Source: Eledone cirrhosa | Lineage: Eukaryota | Direction of reading: 5' to 3' | Assembly (NCBI GenBank): GCA_964016885.1 | Contig: OZ024746.1 | Location: 24,366,001 to 24,430,000, forward strand | Length of the DNA stretch: 64,000 bases | Shown: piece by piece, positions 1-13,031 of the stretch | Layout: every line of letters begins with the position of its first letter | Numbering within the stretch: position 1 is the first letter of the stretch | The notes under the pieces: generated by a model | What the model saw: the letters and a program-made list of their open reading frames with translations, nothing else | Told to the model about the DNA's origin: nothing | Databases searched by the model: none | Translations under genes and position numbers: made by a program

Positions 1-449
1 TGAAATCAGAATGTAAAGGACCGTAACTCTATACCACATGCATGCTATCCGACTCCCTACCGATACTGCCAATCCACCACCCTAAATACCATCTTAATAA
101 TAAGGAAGTTAGTTACGTTACTAAATTCCTCCAAGTTCTTGGTTATTTTGAAAATTATTTGAAAATCATAGACAATGTATTTCTTTAGAAGTACATTAAT
201 TAATTAATGTTTGCAAGTGTTTATATTTATCTAAAAACCTCCATAATATTTTTATGGAAGAACATTTGTAAAGTTACGTTCCAAACACCAGATAAATAAA
301 GAGAAAGTTATATTTCTAAATTCTCTAGCAAAATTCTTGATTATTTTAACAATTATTTGAAGGCCATAAGCAATGTCTTTCATTAGAAATATGGTGATGA
401 GAGGGTTAAACATTCTAACGGTGAATACATTTTATGCGATACCATAATT

Positions 450-481
<32 letters not shown>

Positions 482-879
482 AGTCATATGCTTTGATAAA
501 ATATATTGTGATATTTGATATAGCTGCAAATCACGGAAAGAAAGGTATGTTAGAAAGATTGATATCCAAACATAAAAGCAATATTCACTTATTTGTTAGC
601 TGCAGTGGTATATTCTTTTATTTTTTATTCTTTTATTGGCTTCACCCATTAAATTGCGGTCATGCTGGAGCACCGTCTTAAAGTGCTTATGTATTTTATG
701 TTTGGTAATTCTTTTATTGATTTCTTTTTGATGACCTACTACGTTATGAGACATAAACACAGATACAGACGGACAAACACAGATACACGCATACACACAC
801 ATACACACACATGCACACGCGCACACTCATATCAATGCACACACATACACACATACACACACATGCACACACATACTTA

Positions 880-1325
880 AGCAGTGAAGCATGAATGATC
901 TGAGAGAAAAGCTGGGTATAAGAGGTATCATATGTTGTATGTAAGAGAGAAGACTGCACTGGTATGGACATGTGATGCCCATGGATGATGACCATTGGGT
1001 GAAGAAGTACCAAGAGATCCTAGTGGAAGGAAGTGGCAGTAGAAGAAGACTAAGGAAGACCGGAGCAGAGGTGGTCAGAACTGATCTCACTGAAGAGAGG
1101 ACAGAACGCAACCAGTTGAGGGAAGTTGCGCAAGAAAAAATCCGTCCAGCCCATACAAGCATGGAAAAGTGAACATAAAAGGATGCCGTTGATGATGGTG
1201 ATAATGATGATGATGATTGTAATGATGATGAGGATAATGATGTTGATGACGATGTTGATGATGATGGTGATGATAACTGTGATAATGAGGGTAATGTTGG
1301 TGATGATAATGATGATACGACGTCG
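880..1325 (+). mobile_element. RTE-clade LINE 3' fragment with (GAT)n-rich tail
   Basis: Translates LREKLGIRG..RRLHWYGHVMPMD..VEGSGSRRR. A related fragment lies at about 60360-60570. Confidence 0.7.
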
Positions 1326-1896
1326 ACAACGGCGAGACTAACAAGCTGTAGCAAACATGTCAAAGACATTTCTTTAGAATTGCCAGTGTGTGTTATAGAA
1401 ATACCATTTAGGAACTATTATTGATTAACAACACTCTTCCGATGTGGACAGATTGTGGCACTACGTGACTGTAACATCCTGAAAACTTGCGCTATTTCTG
1501 CTCTCTCCTAATGCTCTCCTTTGCAAGATGTATTTTTAATGTTTATTCAGACAGAAGGAAATTATATATTTGTAATGGATGATTTAAGAGACAAATCCGT
1601 TGTAAGAATTACCATTCCAGCTTATACTTATTATAATATGGATTATTAAGATATATTTAGTGAAGGGGTGTCGCTTAGTAGTTAGGGCATTCGGCTCACG
1701 ATTGTAAGGTTGCGGGTTCGATTGCTGGTGGCGCGTTGTGTCCTTCAGTATGAAACTTTATTTCACATTGCTGCAGTCTATACATTGCGTCAGGCTGAAT
1801 CACCCTGAGAACTACATTGAGGGTGCATATGTTTGTAGAATGCGCTACTAGTTGTACATTATTTTCACAAGCAGACTGTTCCGTTGATCGAACAAC

Positions 1897-2097
1897 TACG
1901 AGAGTGGGCTGAAAGTTCTTAGGCTGACTACGAAGGAGTGATGCTCGAGCTGTGAAATCATGCATACATTAATCTCAACTCTTCTTATTAACAATTGCAT
2001 TATTTCTTTCCAGGGATTATGCTGAAAAATAAACCTCATTTGGTCATTCCAGGAGAGTATCTGGGTCAGCCTATGAACTTTTCAGCTGACCCTCGTA
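1897..2097. mobile_element. Mariner-type MITE, about 200 bp
   Basis: TIR TACGAGGGTCGGCTGAAAAGTTCATAGGCTGAC with TA ends. Confidence 0.85.
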
Positions 2098-2867
2098 GAA
2101 CACTCATCGTCGGCAACGAGGGAGGCCTAACAATAGTTTACAAATAAATTATTCTCTTTCTTGAACCAACACGATCTCTGATTTCAATATGATTTCAGAT
2201 TGAACGCAACACAAACTTAGGTTTCCACAGCACAGCTTAAAATATCGATGAGGCATCGTCAGAGAAAGATGACTGTGTATCGATCTGTAGATAACAGTAT
2301 AAGCTTTTCAGGATCAACATTAATTACATTTATTCTGATTAATGTAATTACACTAAAGTGATTAGTTTTTCCAAGAATTAATTCATCGCAGACAATCTCA
2401 AAACTTTCTTCGTGACTTCAATAATAAGTTCAACGTTCTTCAATTTTAATATATACAATACATTGCTCTTAAATAGCAGTAAATTTATAGCACGACATTT
2501 TGTTCATTGTTAAAATAGCAGCAAAGCGGCGAATAGTCAGAGCTGTTAGCACGTTGGTTAAAATACTTGGCGGTATTCGTTCACGTTCTCTGCGCTCTAA
2601 ATTCAAATCTGACCGTAATCAACTTTGCCTTTCATCCTTTTGGGGCTGATAAATAAAGTACCAATCTAACACTGGGGTCGATTCTTCTTCTGTATCTCTA
2701 TCCCTTCTTCACTATCGCCCTCTTTTTTTCCCTTCTCATGAAGAAATTGGCTCTGGTGAGACTCGGAGAGTATTAGACTCCGCCGTATGTCACTGCGAGG
2801 AATTACGGCTCTATTCACATACATACACACATGCTTGCTTGCATACATACATGCGTACATACATACA

Positions 2868-3107
2868 TGGTGGCTGCCAATTCGTTTTCGAGTACGGCCA
2901 CTACTTTATATCCATGTAGGAGAACCCCTACCGATGCACTGAACGAGTGTGACTTTTTAGTCCAGCCAGCGACTTGAAAACTCTGGTACAAACACTACAC
3001 TTGTGACAATTATTGACACATAGTGCTGGGCCCATGGTAGCATGTGACGACAAGTGCAGAGAGATCTCCAGATATAAAGCAATGCCTGTACCGTGAAGCT
3101 TTTATAG
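2868..3107 (-). mobile_element. 240-bp RTE/BovB-like 3' end (copy 1)
   Basis: Minus strand encodes [23 protein letters not shown], then a short 3' UTR hairpin and a (TGTA)n tail. Confidence 0.65.
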
Positions 3108-3609
3108 ATACATACATACATACATACATACATACATACATACATACATACATACATACATACATACATACATACATACACACATACATACATACATACA
3201 TACATACATACATACATACATACATACAATCAATACAAAATAGCACAATATATGGTCCTGTGACGATTTTTTCAATATTTTCTGTTAATCTTATTATGTT
3301 CGGTTCACTAAAGTTCAATCAGTTTATCAAAATCGAATTCTTTGACTCTTTTGTGTTAGAATTAACTTTGATTGCATCCTTTGGATAATGTAGGCCAATA
3401 TACACTTTGTACCACTACCAATTGACCCTTGGGTGCCTTTGGTGAAGTACACTCCGTTGTAAACATCCAGGTCATGTCTCCGATCTAACTAAGGAAAATG
3501 TCCACACTTCCTCTCACCTGTGAGGGAGGTCCTGAAGAGGTCATGGCCGCTGCCCTTCTTCCTCTCACTAAAACATAAAATAAAAGCACCAAAACAACAA
3601 CAGTCCAAA

Positions 3610-4255
3610 ATATTGATTTTTAATTTAGGCACAAGACCAGTAATTTGAGGGGGGATTTGGTTAAATCGGCCCCAGTGCATTACTGGTACTTTATTTGATC
3701 GACCCCGGAAGGGTGAAAGGCAAAGCTAACCTCAGCGGGATTTGAACTCAGAAAGCAAGAGGCCAAACTATATGCTGCAAAAGCATTTTATCCGGCACTC
3801 TACAACAGCTTATATATTATATTAATAGTGTGTCTATCATAGTCACAAGATCATAAATGTGTCTTAAGTGTCTATCGATCACAGTATTTGATTCGCACGT
3901 TATATTATTGATCCCAGAAGAATGAAAGGTAAATTTTACCACAGCAGTATTTAAACTGAAGACGTAACAGGTCGAAACAAATACCCTAGGCCATGCTGTC
4001 CGGCGCTCTATCGATTCTGCCATTCCACCTCCCTAAACTATAATGGTTTCTGATTTAAGCACAAAACCAACAATTCTGTGGGAGGGGAAAGTCGATTAAC
4101 TCAAACCCATTGTGTTACTGGTACTCTATTTTATCGACCCCCTAAGGATGAAAGGCAAACTTCGACTGGATTTGAACTCAAAACGTAAAGGGCCGTAACT
4201 ATACCGCAAAGCAGGATGACCGACGCTCTACCCATACTGCCAATTCACTGCCCTA
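3610..4255 (-). mobile_element. Three co-oriented SINE family A copies
   Basis: Reverse complement of the family A core and B box repeated three times. Confidence 0.8.
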
Positions 4256-4984
4256 CCTTTTGTGAAACCGAAAAAAGAAAAAGAAAGAAAATCGGTTAAA
4301 ACTGGTGACCCGCATAAATACGAATTATGAAGCCCAGATTACAGCTAATAATACCATTTTCATTGAGTGGAAATTCACCGAACAGCTGAGAATACCTGAG
4401 GCAATGGTTGTTCCCTTTTCAAATGTAACATCGCTTAACACTTTTTCTTCTTCTAGTTGTTTGTACAGCTCAGAAGGGGTGCTTATTCGAGCTCAAATTG
4501 TAGCTAGAAATGTGCAGATCTCTGCAGCAGAAGTATCAGATGCCTCAAGGAGAAAAAATTAAAACGTGGAAACACCATCTCTCTATAAAAATCAGAATTA
4601 AAACTAAACAAACAAACATTTTTTTTTTATTCACGTTTAGTTAACTCTTTCCTAGCAATGAAACTATCGGCGTTCAGGAGACGGAAATCTCCGATTGATA
4701 ATGTTATTTTACATTACCTTAAATCAATTAGAATAATTTTCTTTCATATTTTCTTTAATCATATCAAACATAATTTAATTTAAATTATTATTTTTTTTTA
4801 CTGTTAAATCGTTCTGAATTTGCATAAACAAAATTCCTGCGGATACGTGGAAAAGAGATAAAGTGATTCCCCATGCATGTTACGATATTTCCTTTTCTTT
4901 TATTAATAAATCCTTCGGAATTTACATACACAGATCAATCAACTATCGTTCAATTCCATTTTATTTATATTATTACATACAACG

Positions 4985-5205
4985 GTTAATTGGCAGTTTC
5001 GATAGAGTGTCGGTCAACATGCTTTGTGGCATATAGTTACAGCCCTTTACGTTCTGAATTCAAATCCCACCGAGGTTAGCTTTGCCTTTCATCCTTAAAG
5101 GATCGATAAAATAAAGCAACAGTAATGCGCTGGGGTTGATTTAATCGACTTTCCCCTCACCCTAAAAAATTGTTGACCTTGTGCCTAAATCATAAACCAT
5201 TATTA
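4985..5205 (+). mobile_element. SINE family A, full copy
   Basis: A box, B box, core and ATT tail present. Further dispersed copies at about 1-85, 2525-2690, 8290-8650, 18075-18230, 19535-19700, 20897-21097, 25785-25925, 27125-27270, 28445-28640, 30090-30225, 34690-34870, 43795-44170, 46305-46440, 48770-48965, 51560-51730 and 58925-59067. Confidence 0.85.
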
Positions 5206-5853
5206 CATACAGCGTTTGTCTAATTCAAACGAAAGAACGTCAATTTGAATTCCTTTACAACCTTACTTCTTCAAATGTAATAACTTGGGTCTCATAGCAG
5301 GCGAATTTTGTGGAAAGCTGCTAATAACCTTTGTTTAGGTAATGAAATAGGTGTTCAACAGAAAACGTCATTGGATTTAATAAGCTTTGTCCAAGATATA
5401 AACAGGATTTCCAGTGACACGAGTTTAAATAGAGAGATTTGACATGGCTGTTAAACGTTCGTCACACGCGAATATTTTATTCATGTTCCGCACGGCTAAT
5501 ATATGCATGGTTGATAACAATTTCTTTTTAACATTTTCTATTCCGTTTAATGGCCTGCTTTAAAAAATCTTGCTTTATGAGAGATGACGAATATATTAGT
5601 CGTCTGCTTTTCAATAAGTTGACTGACGCCAGAGCTGTAAAATTTCCCACGAGAGAGCCGAATACTGATCGGGAAAAATGTTCTAATGAACACATACATA
5701 TACTCAGACACACATACATACACGCACAAACACAAACATACTCACAGGCACAGACATACACACCACACACACACACACACACATATATTTCTTTAGTGAT
5801 TACACCCACACATTCATGCAACAATATCTATATATCTATCAATCTATATGTAT

Positions 5854-5922
<69 letters not shown>

Positions 5923-5936
5923 GTGTGTGTGTGTGT

Positions 5937-5984
<48 letters not shown>

Positions 5985-6118
5985 ATATATATGTATCTAC
6001 GTGTGAATAAATGATTGGAGTTTCTATACTAGAATGAAAAAATTCAACTTGCAAAAAGTCTTTCATCTATGTTCCTATTTCGTCTACCAACAATTTCAGA
6101 GTTAAGGCGACTAGCCAC

Positions 6119-6167
<49 letters not shown>

Positions 6168-6644
6168 TGCATACATACATTTACACACACATGCACGAAT
6201 ACGTAAACACATGCACACACGTACGCATACACATACACACATACATACACGACATTTGTGTGTGAGTGTGTATGTGTGCATCTCTCTCCATTTATGTATA
6301 TATATATATGTACATAAATGTATATATATATATATATATATTTGTATATATATATATATTAGTCTTCAAATTTATTATTATTAATATATATATTTATATA
6401 TATTAATATCTCTTTCTCTTTCTTTTCTTTTCTTTTTCTTTCGTTCTTTCTTTTTCCTTTTCCTTTTCTTTTTTCCCTATTCCAACGGCTTAATTTAAAT
6501 GTAGGGGATTTAAACCTTTCCGACACTAATTTGCATAATAGACCAATAATAAAATTAGTAACCCCACTATCCGGGAGCTTCCAACCGATATGGTTGCATT
6601 CTTTAAGGGTATGTCAATATTTGTTTATAAAACTGATCTATATT

Positions 6645-6710
6645 ATATTTTATCTGATGAAAGCGCACCATAATTTGCTTTGGTGTCCTTGAAATATGTA
6701 TAATGAAATA
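6645..6710 (+). ncRNA. Minimal type I hammerhead ribozyme (Penelope-type)
   Basis: ttttat CTGATGA aagcgcacca..tggtgtcctt GAAA TATG TA taatgaaata. Confidence 0.7.
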
Positions 6711-6748
6711 AATATGGTTTTATAAATATAGTTTCCATTTGTTAATAT

Positions 6749-6801
<53 letters not shown>

Positions 6802-6981
6802 AGTGCATATGTATGTGCTCTGAATACAAATGTTCTCAATCAAATTAACGTTTCATATTGCCATCGGAATATCTTTTATTGAGGTTGAGGCTGAGCAAAG
6901 TAGAGAAGATGAAGGCGATGGCGGTAGAGGAAGGAGGTATTTTATTATTTATTTTTATAGCTGTAGTATGTCACCCTGGTG

Positions 6982-7071
<90 letters not shown>

Positions 7072-8726
7072 TCATGTGGTGGTCTGATCTTGTTTCCAGT
7101 AATCCACCAACACACACCATCTCCGAAAGATATTTTTCTAGAAGAAAGAAGACTACTTTACGGACCTAATGGTGGGGGTGGCGGAGCTCCTCACAAACCC
7201 AATAGAGACACACTTTTAGGGGTAGTTGGAAATGACGCGGGTCACAGTTATACACAGGCCCCTTCTTAGAAAGAAAAAAAAGAAAGAGTTAACGTTAGAT
7301 CCGAAACCTAGCCGAAATACTTGCAACAAAAGGGACCTCGTTAAAAGCAGCCATGGACTTGGTGGTAGTGTTAAACCAGACGACAGGAACAGTCTCTCTG
7401 ACGGACTTCCACACAGTTTCCGTCTATCAAAATTTCACCCACAAGGCTGTGGTTGACCACAGCCTTGTGGGTGAATTAAGTCTCTTTCTCAGCGCGCCAT
7501 CCAGTGAAATCGAACTTGAAAACACGTGGTTTCGGAAAGAACTGTTGAACAGATAACCACGGCTATAGTCATATACTGTATATAGGAAGATTTCTGGACA
7601 TGGATGCTGAGAAATTCCTTCGGAGAGGAAAAATAAACGAAAACCGACCTGTTTGTTAATATCTATTATCAGAATTCAATGTGTTGACACTTGAAATCGA
7701 TGTTCAAAATCTATCAATATGTTGTGTGGCTTTCATTAAACTGTCTTTGATGTTGGTATATTAAGCCTTTAGAACATGTTTAAGGCTTCAGTGAAGTTAA
7801 TTTCTTTAAAGAATATTCAGATTATATCCCCATGAGAAGAGATCATTTATCGATTATTTTGGTGACTTCGATGAGTTATAGATACCAACAAAATACTTCA
7901 ATACTAATCTGACTAAACAGCGAAAGATCAGTAAATAAAGTTATTGATTTCTAATTTAGGCACAAGGTCAGGAGGAAGCGCGTGGCCGAGTGGTAAGGGG
8001 TGATGGACTTACAATCATAATCTCTTGGGTTCGATTACTGGACTTGGTTGTGTTCTATGTTCTTGAGAAAAACACTTCATTTTACGTTGCTCCAGTATAC
8101 CCAGCTGAAAATGAGTACCAGCAATAGCTGGGGTTTAACTCTACGATGGACTGGCGTCCTATCCAGGGGGAGTCTTGTACTTTCAGTCGCTTCACACCGT
8201 GAACCCGGGATAAGCACCAAGCTGATGACCCTCCGGGCGGACTCGAGACGGACTTAGACCTTTTGACACAAAGCCAGCGAAGTTGTGGAAAGGGCAAGGT
8301 TGATTAAATCAACCCCAGTACTTGACTGGTCCTTTATTTTACTGAAGCCAAAAGGATGTAAAGCAAAGTTGACCTTGGCAAGATTTGAACATAAAGAGCC
8401 AGAAAAAATACTGTTACACATTTTGTCCAAAGCTTTAATGATTCGAATTATCTACCACTCTCTACTATGGCATATATAATTCTTACCAACATTGACACAA
8501 GGTTAGTAATTTAAAAGAAAAGAACGTTGATTAAATCGACCCCAGTAAATGGCTGATACTATATTTCATCGACTGCGGACGGATGAAACGCAAGGTCGAG
8601 ATTTGAACTCAGAACCTAGAGATTATATACGAGTAAATACCACAGAACATTTCTATGTTAAACATCTTGTGTTGTATGTTATACAGCTTTATGTTATGTT
8701 GTTATACGTTGTTATACGTTATGTTA

Positions 8727-8928
8727 TATGTGGGTCGGCTGAAAAGTTCATAGGCTGACCAAGATACTCTCATGGCATGACCAAATGAAGTTTATTTTTC
8801 ATCATAGTCCCTGGAAAGAAACAATGCAGTTGTTAATAAGAAGAGTTGAAATTAATGCATGCAAGATTTCACAGCTCTAGCATCAATCCTTCATAGTCAG
8901 CCTATGAACGTCACAGCTCACTTTCGTA
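8727..8928. mobile_element. Mariner-type MITE (same family)
   Basis: Same TIRs and interior, inserted into a TTATACG/TTCTATG minisatellite. Confidence 0.85.
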
Positions 8929-8929
8929 C

Positions 8930-9240
8930 TCTATATGCTATATTTTCTGTTATATTTTCTGTTATACGTTCTATGTGATAATTTCTATTGTATACTTATA
9001 TATTATACGTTATGTTGTTATAAGTTCTATCGCTATACGTTATATTTTATACATTCTATTATATACTTTCTGTTATACGTTCTATGCTGTACGTTCTATG
9101 CTATAATTTCTATGTTATACGTTCTATGCTATAATTTCTATGTTATACGTTCTATGCTATAATTTCTATGTTATAAGTTCTATGTTATACGTTCTATGCT
9201 ATAAATTCTATGTTATACTTTCTATGTTATACATTCTATG
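8930..9240. repeat. 7/14/21-mer minisatellite (TTCTATG/TTATACG)
   Basis: Direct inspection. Confidence 0.8.
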
Positions 9241-9954
9241 AAGGAAAATAAATGGAATAATTTCCTGTATTTCCCGTATCACACTGCCGTTTTATATTGC
9301 AGCGATATACAGGATGAATGTGTAACTGAATTTATCAAATGTAAAAGTCGAATGCTACTGAGATACAGTATTATCTCACACTGAATGTTAGTATCGATGA
9401 AGGCTGTCGCTAAAGAAGTGTGATAGGAATCGATTATTCTCACACGACGATCAAATCAATAGATTTACTCTTTCTGATTTCATTCCATTCCATTGCTTCC
9501 AGTCGATGATAAACGTGGACAAAATACCAAGGTACACTCGTTCCTTTTGTTATTTGAATGTTTAATCAGCAAAGCATCGAGTGACATTGTGTGAAGAAAC
9601 CAAAGAGAACAATAGGTTTGAATATGATAATTGTCAGTATTATCTGGTGAGCGTGTTTTGTGGTATCGCTTAATGTTATAACAGTTCTCCGGAGAGAATG
9701 ATTGCTGGGATTATTAAGTGAGAGAAATGAAATCGGTTTTTCCAGCATGCAAACTACGTCATTGAACATGATAACACAAAGGTAAACATATAAAGCAACA
9801 GACGTTATTATTATTATTAGTGGTCAATAAAGAAATAATAATAATGATTATTACTATTACTGTTATTATTAAATCTGTTTACACGCAAAACCTACACGCA
9901 CACATATGCACACCCAAATACACATACACACACATGCATACACACACGCTCAAT

Positions 9955-10031
9955 GTTTTGTCTTGTGTCGTTCTTAATGTTTTTCTTCATGTGAACCCTT
10001 TGTGGTTAATAAAGAAATTATTGTTATTATT
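9955..10031 (+). mobile_element. 5'-truncated Tx1 3' end (a second, tiny remnant lies at about 9820-9845)
   Basis: ttcttaatg..atgtgaaccctttgtggttaataaagaaattattgttatt resembles the LINE 3' terminus. Confidence 0.7.
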
Positions 10032-10034
10032 GCA

Positions 10035-10627
10035 GTGGATTGGCAGTATCGGTATAGCGTCGGTCAACATGCCTCGCGGCATAGAATTACGGCCCTTTAC
10101 GTTCTGAGTTTAAATCCGGCCGAGGTTAGCTTTGCCTTTCATCCTTACGGAGTCGATAAAATATCCCAGATTGTTGGTCTTGTGCCTAAAGTAGAAACAA
10201 TTATTATAAGGGATGGATTAACAGTATCGGTGGAGCGTCGGACAATATTCTTTGTGGCACAGAGTCACGGCCCTTTACGTTATGAGTTCAAATCCCGCCG
10301 AGATTAGCTTTGCCTTCTATTCTTACGATAAAATAAAGTACCAGTAACGTACTGAGGTCGATTTATTCGTCTTTCCCCCTCCCCTTCAAATTGCTGACCT
10401 TGTGCCTAAAGTAGAAACCATTATCATGATAAGGGCGGTGGGTTGGCAGTATTGGTAGAGCATCGGACAACATGCTCTGCAGCTTAGAGTTACGACCCTT
10501 TACGTTATGAGTCCAAATCCCGTCGAGGTTAGCTTTGCCTTCCATTTTTACAGGGTCGATAAAAATGATGTACCAGTAACGTACTGGGGGCCCCAAAAAT
10601 TGCTGGCCTTGTGCCTAAATCAGAAAC

Positions 10628-10670
<43 letters not shown>
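10035..10670 (+). mobile_element. Three head-to-tail copies of tRNA-derived SINE family A, each ending in ATT repeats
   Basis: A box TGGCAGTATCGG, B box GAGTTCAAATCC, core GCCTTTCATCCTTACGGGGTCGATAAAATAAAGTACCAG (Meta-domain-like, from memory), and tail CTTGTGCCTAAAGTAGAAAC-(ATT)n. Confidence 0.88.
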
Positions 10671-10852
10671 GAATGCCATGGTTGACGGAGGCTCGGCTCT
10701 GTAAGGTATAGTAAATTTTAACCGCTATAACAATTGTAAATTGTTTAAAACTTTAACCAAATTGTAGACAAAAACACCCTCCTCCTCGTGAGAGGGGTCT
10801 TTCTGTCCGTTATTTGGCCCTTCAGGGTTAAATAACCGCTTATTGGGGTGTT

Positions 10853-12997
10853 ATGCCCAATATTTATTTTAAACCAAAAAAAAACATGGCTACAAAAAAG
10901 AATTTTCACAAGTCACTCCCACTCATTCCGTTTTCTTCTTCCTCAATCGTCACTACACCAGAGAGAAGATTGTCTCTCTCCCTCCCTTCTCTTTCGCAAG
11001 CGACGCCAGTAAAGAAAAATAGTTTCCAAAATCACGTGCAAAACGTGGAACATTTCTCCACGACGACGACAACGACGAAAAAGGTGTGCGGTAAATACGA
11101 AAACCCATTTCATTCGTCTGACGTCATGAATAATAGCAGTAGCAGCCGTAATAACAACAGCAGCAGCAGCAACAGTGACAAGGAAAACAACAGTAGCAGC
11201 CGCAACAGCATCAGCAGCAGCATAAACAACAACAGCATTAGCAGCGACAGCAACAACAACAACAGCAGCAGCAACAACAACAACAACCACAGCAACAGCG
11301 GCGGCGGCAGTCGTAGTACCAGCAGCAACAACAAAAGTAACAGCAACTCTGACGACGACAACAACAACAACAACAAAGAAAAACCAATCTCGTTTGCAGG
11401 TATCGCAAAGAACCTGGAAACCATCCTTATAACAAATGAGGAATTACAGTAAGCAAAGAAGATGGTGACGAAAACTGGACACCGAGCAATCTGCAAGGCA
11501 GCCGAACATTTTTTCGAAACCCAACAGCACTGTACGGTCACGCACCGTACAGTAAGCACAAAATCCCGTAGGGTTGAAAGGGCCACAGAGGCTCAAATAC
11601 AAAAAGCCTTAGGGTCTGTGTGGCAGCGGAAAACGCATATCACCCGAGGCAAGAAATATGCCACCGTGGACCTGCTTTTTGCCACACTCCAGGAGGCAAA
11701 GGCTCAATCCTTAGTGACCCTAAGGAGCGTGGAAATGGTGTTGGTGCCCTCCTACTGCGGACAAAAAATTGTGAGGGTCAAACTGACCCACGTCCCCCTT
11801 CCCCGGGATGGCCCCTTCTTGGCTGGCCGCGTCTGTCCTCGTCGGAATCGAGGACAAAACAACTGTACTGCAAGTACAGAAAAAAGTACGAGAAGATTGG
11901 GTCGGCACCTCCATTGAGATGTTAATCCAAACCAACCAGGAGTGCATCAAAGCTATACCGGATGTGATAGACTTCGATAACGGCACTCAACTGCCCATAA
12001 GTGTTGAGGGCAAACGCCCGAAATGCTTTCGCTGTGGATCGAAGACTCACCTCAGGGCCTTCTGCAATGAGAACACCCTGAGAAAGGAGAAAACCCCCCT
12101 CCTTCCGAAACCGGCTCCACTGCTACCAACAACAGGACAAGCAGCGACCAGGAAGGATAGGTCCGTGGCACCCATACCCACGCCACGGAAATCAAGAACA
12201 GCAGCAGCAGTGGAAGTATTAACAACAACAACAGCAATACCAACTGCAGCTGCAACAGAGATTCCACTGCAAACATCACCAACAACAACAAGTGAAAGAG
12301 TGGAGCTGGTACCCCTCCCCGACCTCACAGAATCGGACATGGAGTGTGATGGCAAAAGGTCGCAAGAAGGCACAAACGCAGAAGCAGCGCATCGTCGCCT
12401 TCGAAAAGGGAGGAAAGAAACGAAAAAAGGGTAAAGGCTACTGCAAAAAGATTTACAGCAGCAATACCACCAACACCATCACCACCCACACTAGCACCAC
12501 CATCACCACCGACGGCAACCCCACCGCCAACAACAATAACACCTTCAACACCACCACCACAAGCACCAACATCGCAAACACAACAAAACACACACACCCA
12601 GCAACAACGACAAGAAAATAGCAGAACCACACCCCACCCCCAGAAAAACAAATGCACAGCAATAAATACACATAACAATAAATTAATGACTTACATAATT
12701 GAACACACAGACATTTCACAGCACGACTACATAATACCAGCACCAATCAAAACACCAACGAACATAAGACTGGTAAAAATAGCACAGAAACAATACACAA
12801 ACATTAAAACGAAATTCCCCAACGCAGTTGGTGATTTCAGAGACCTAGGAGGGACGCTCAACCGGAGGGTATATTCAGATATACTCACAGAAGAGCCGAC
12901 GACCAGCCGAAGGGGCGATTCAACGGTCCCTTCATCAGACGATCACGTGAAAAGGGATGGTGAAACCATCCTTCCTCTGCGAGAAGAAGTAAGGTAA
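10853..12997 (+). pseudogene. LINE ORF1 (gag-like) with nonsense and frameshift lesions
   Basis: In-frame TAA at 11450-11452, frameshift near 11800, and CFRCGSKTHLRAFC zinc knuckle. AAC/AGC/ACC expansions. The 3' boundary is approximate. Confidence 0.75.
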
Positions 12998-13031
12998 GTG
13001 GTCTTTCCCATCTTTTCCACTCCATTTCAAC

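Noticed and set aside
10035-10130. tRNA genes suggested by A/B boxes
   Set aside because: These are SINE heads with no complete cloverleaf, and they run into SINE core and tail.
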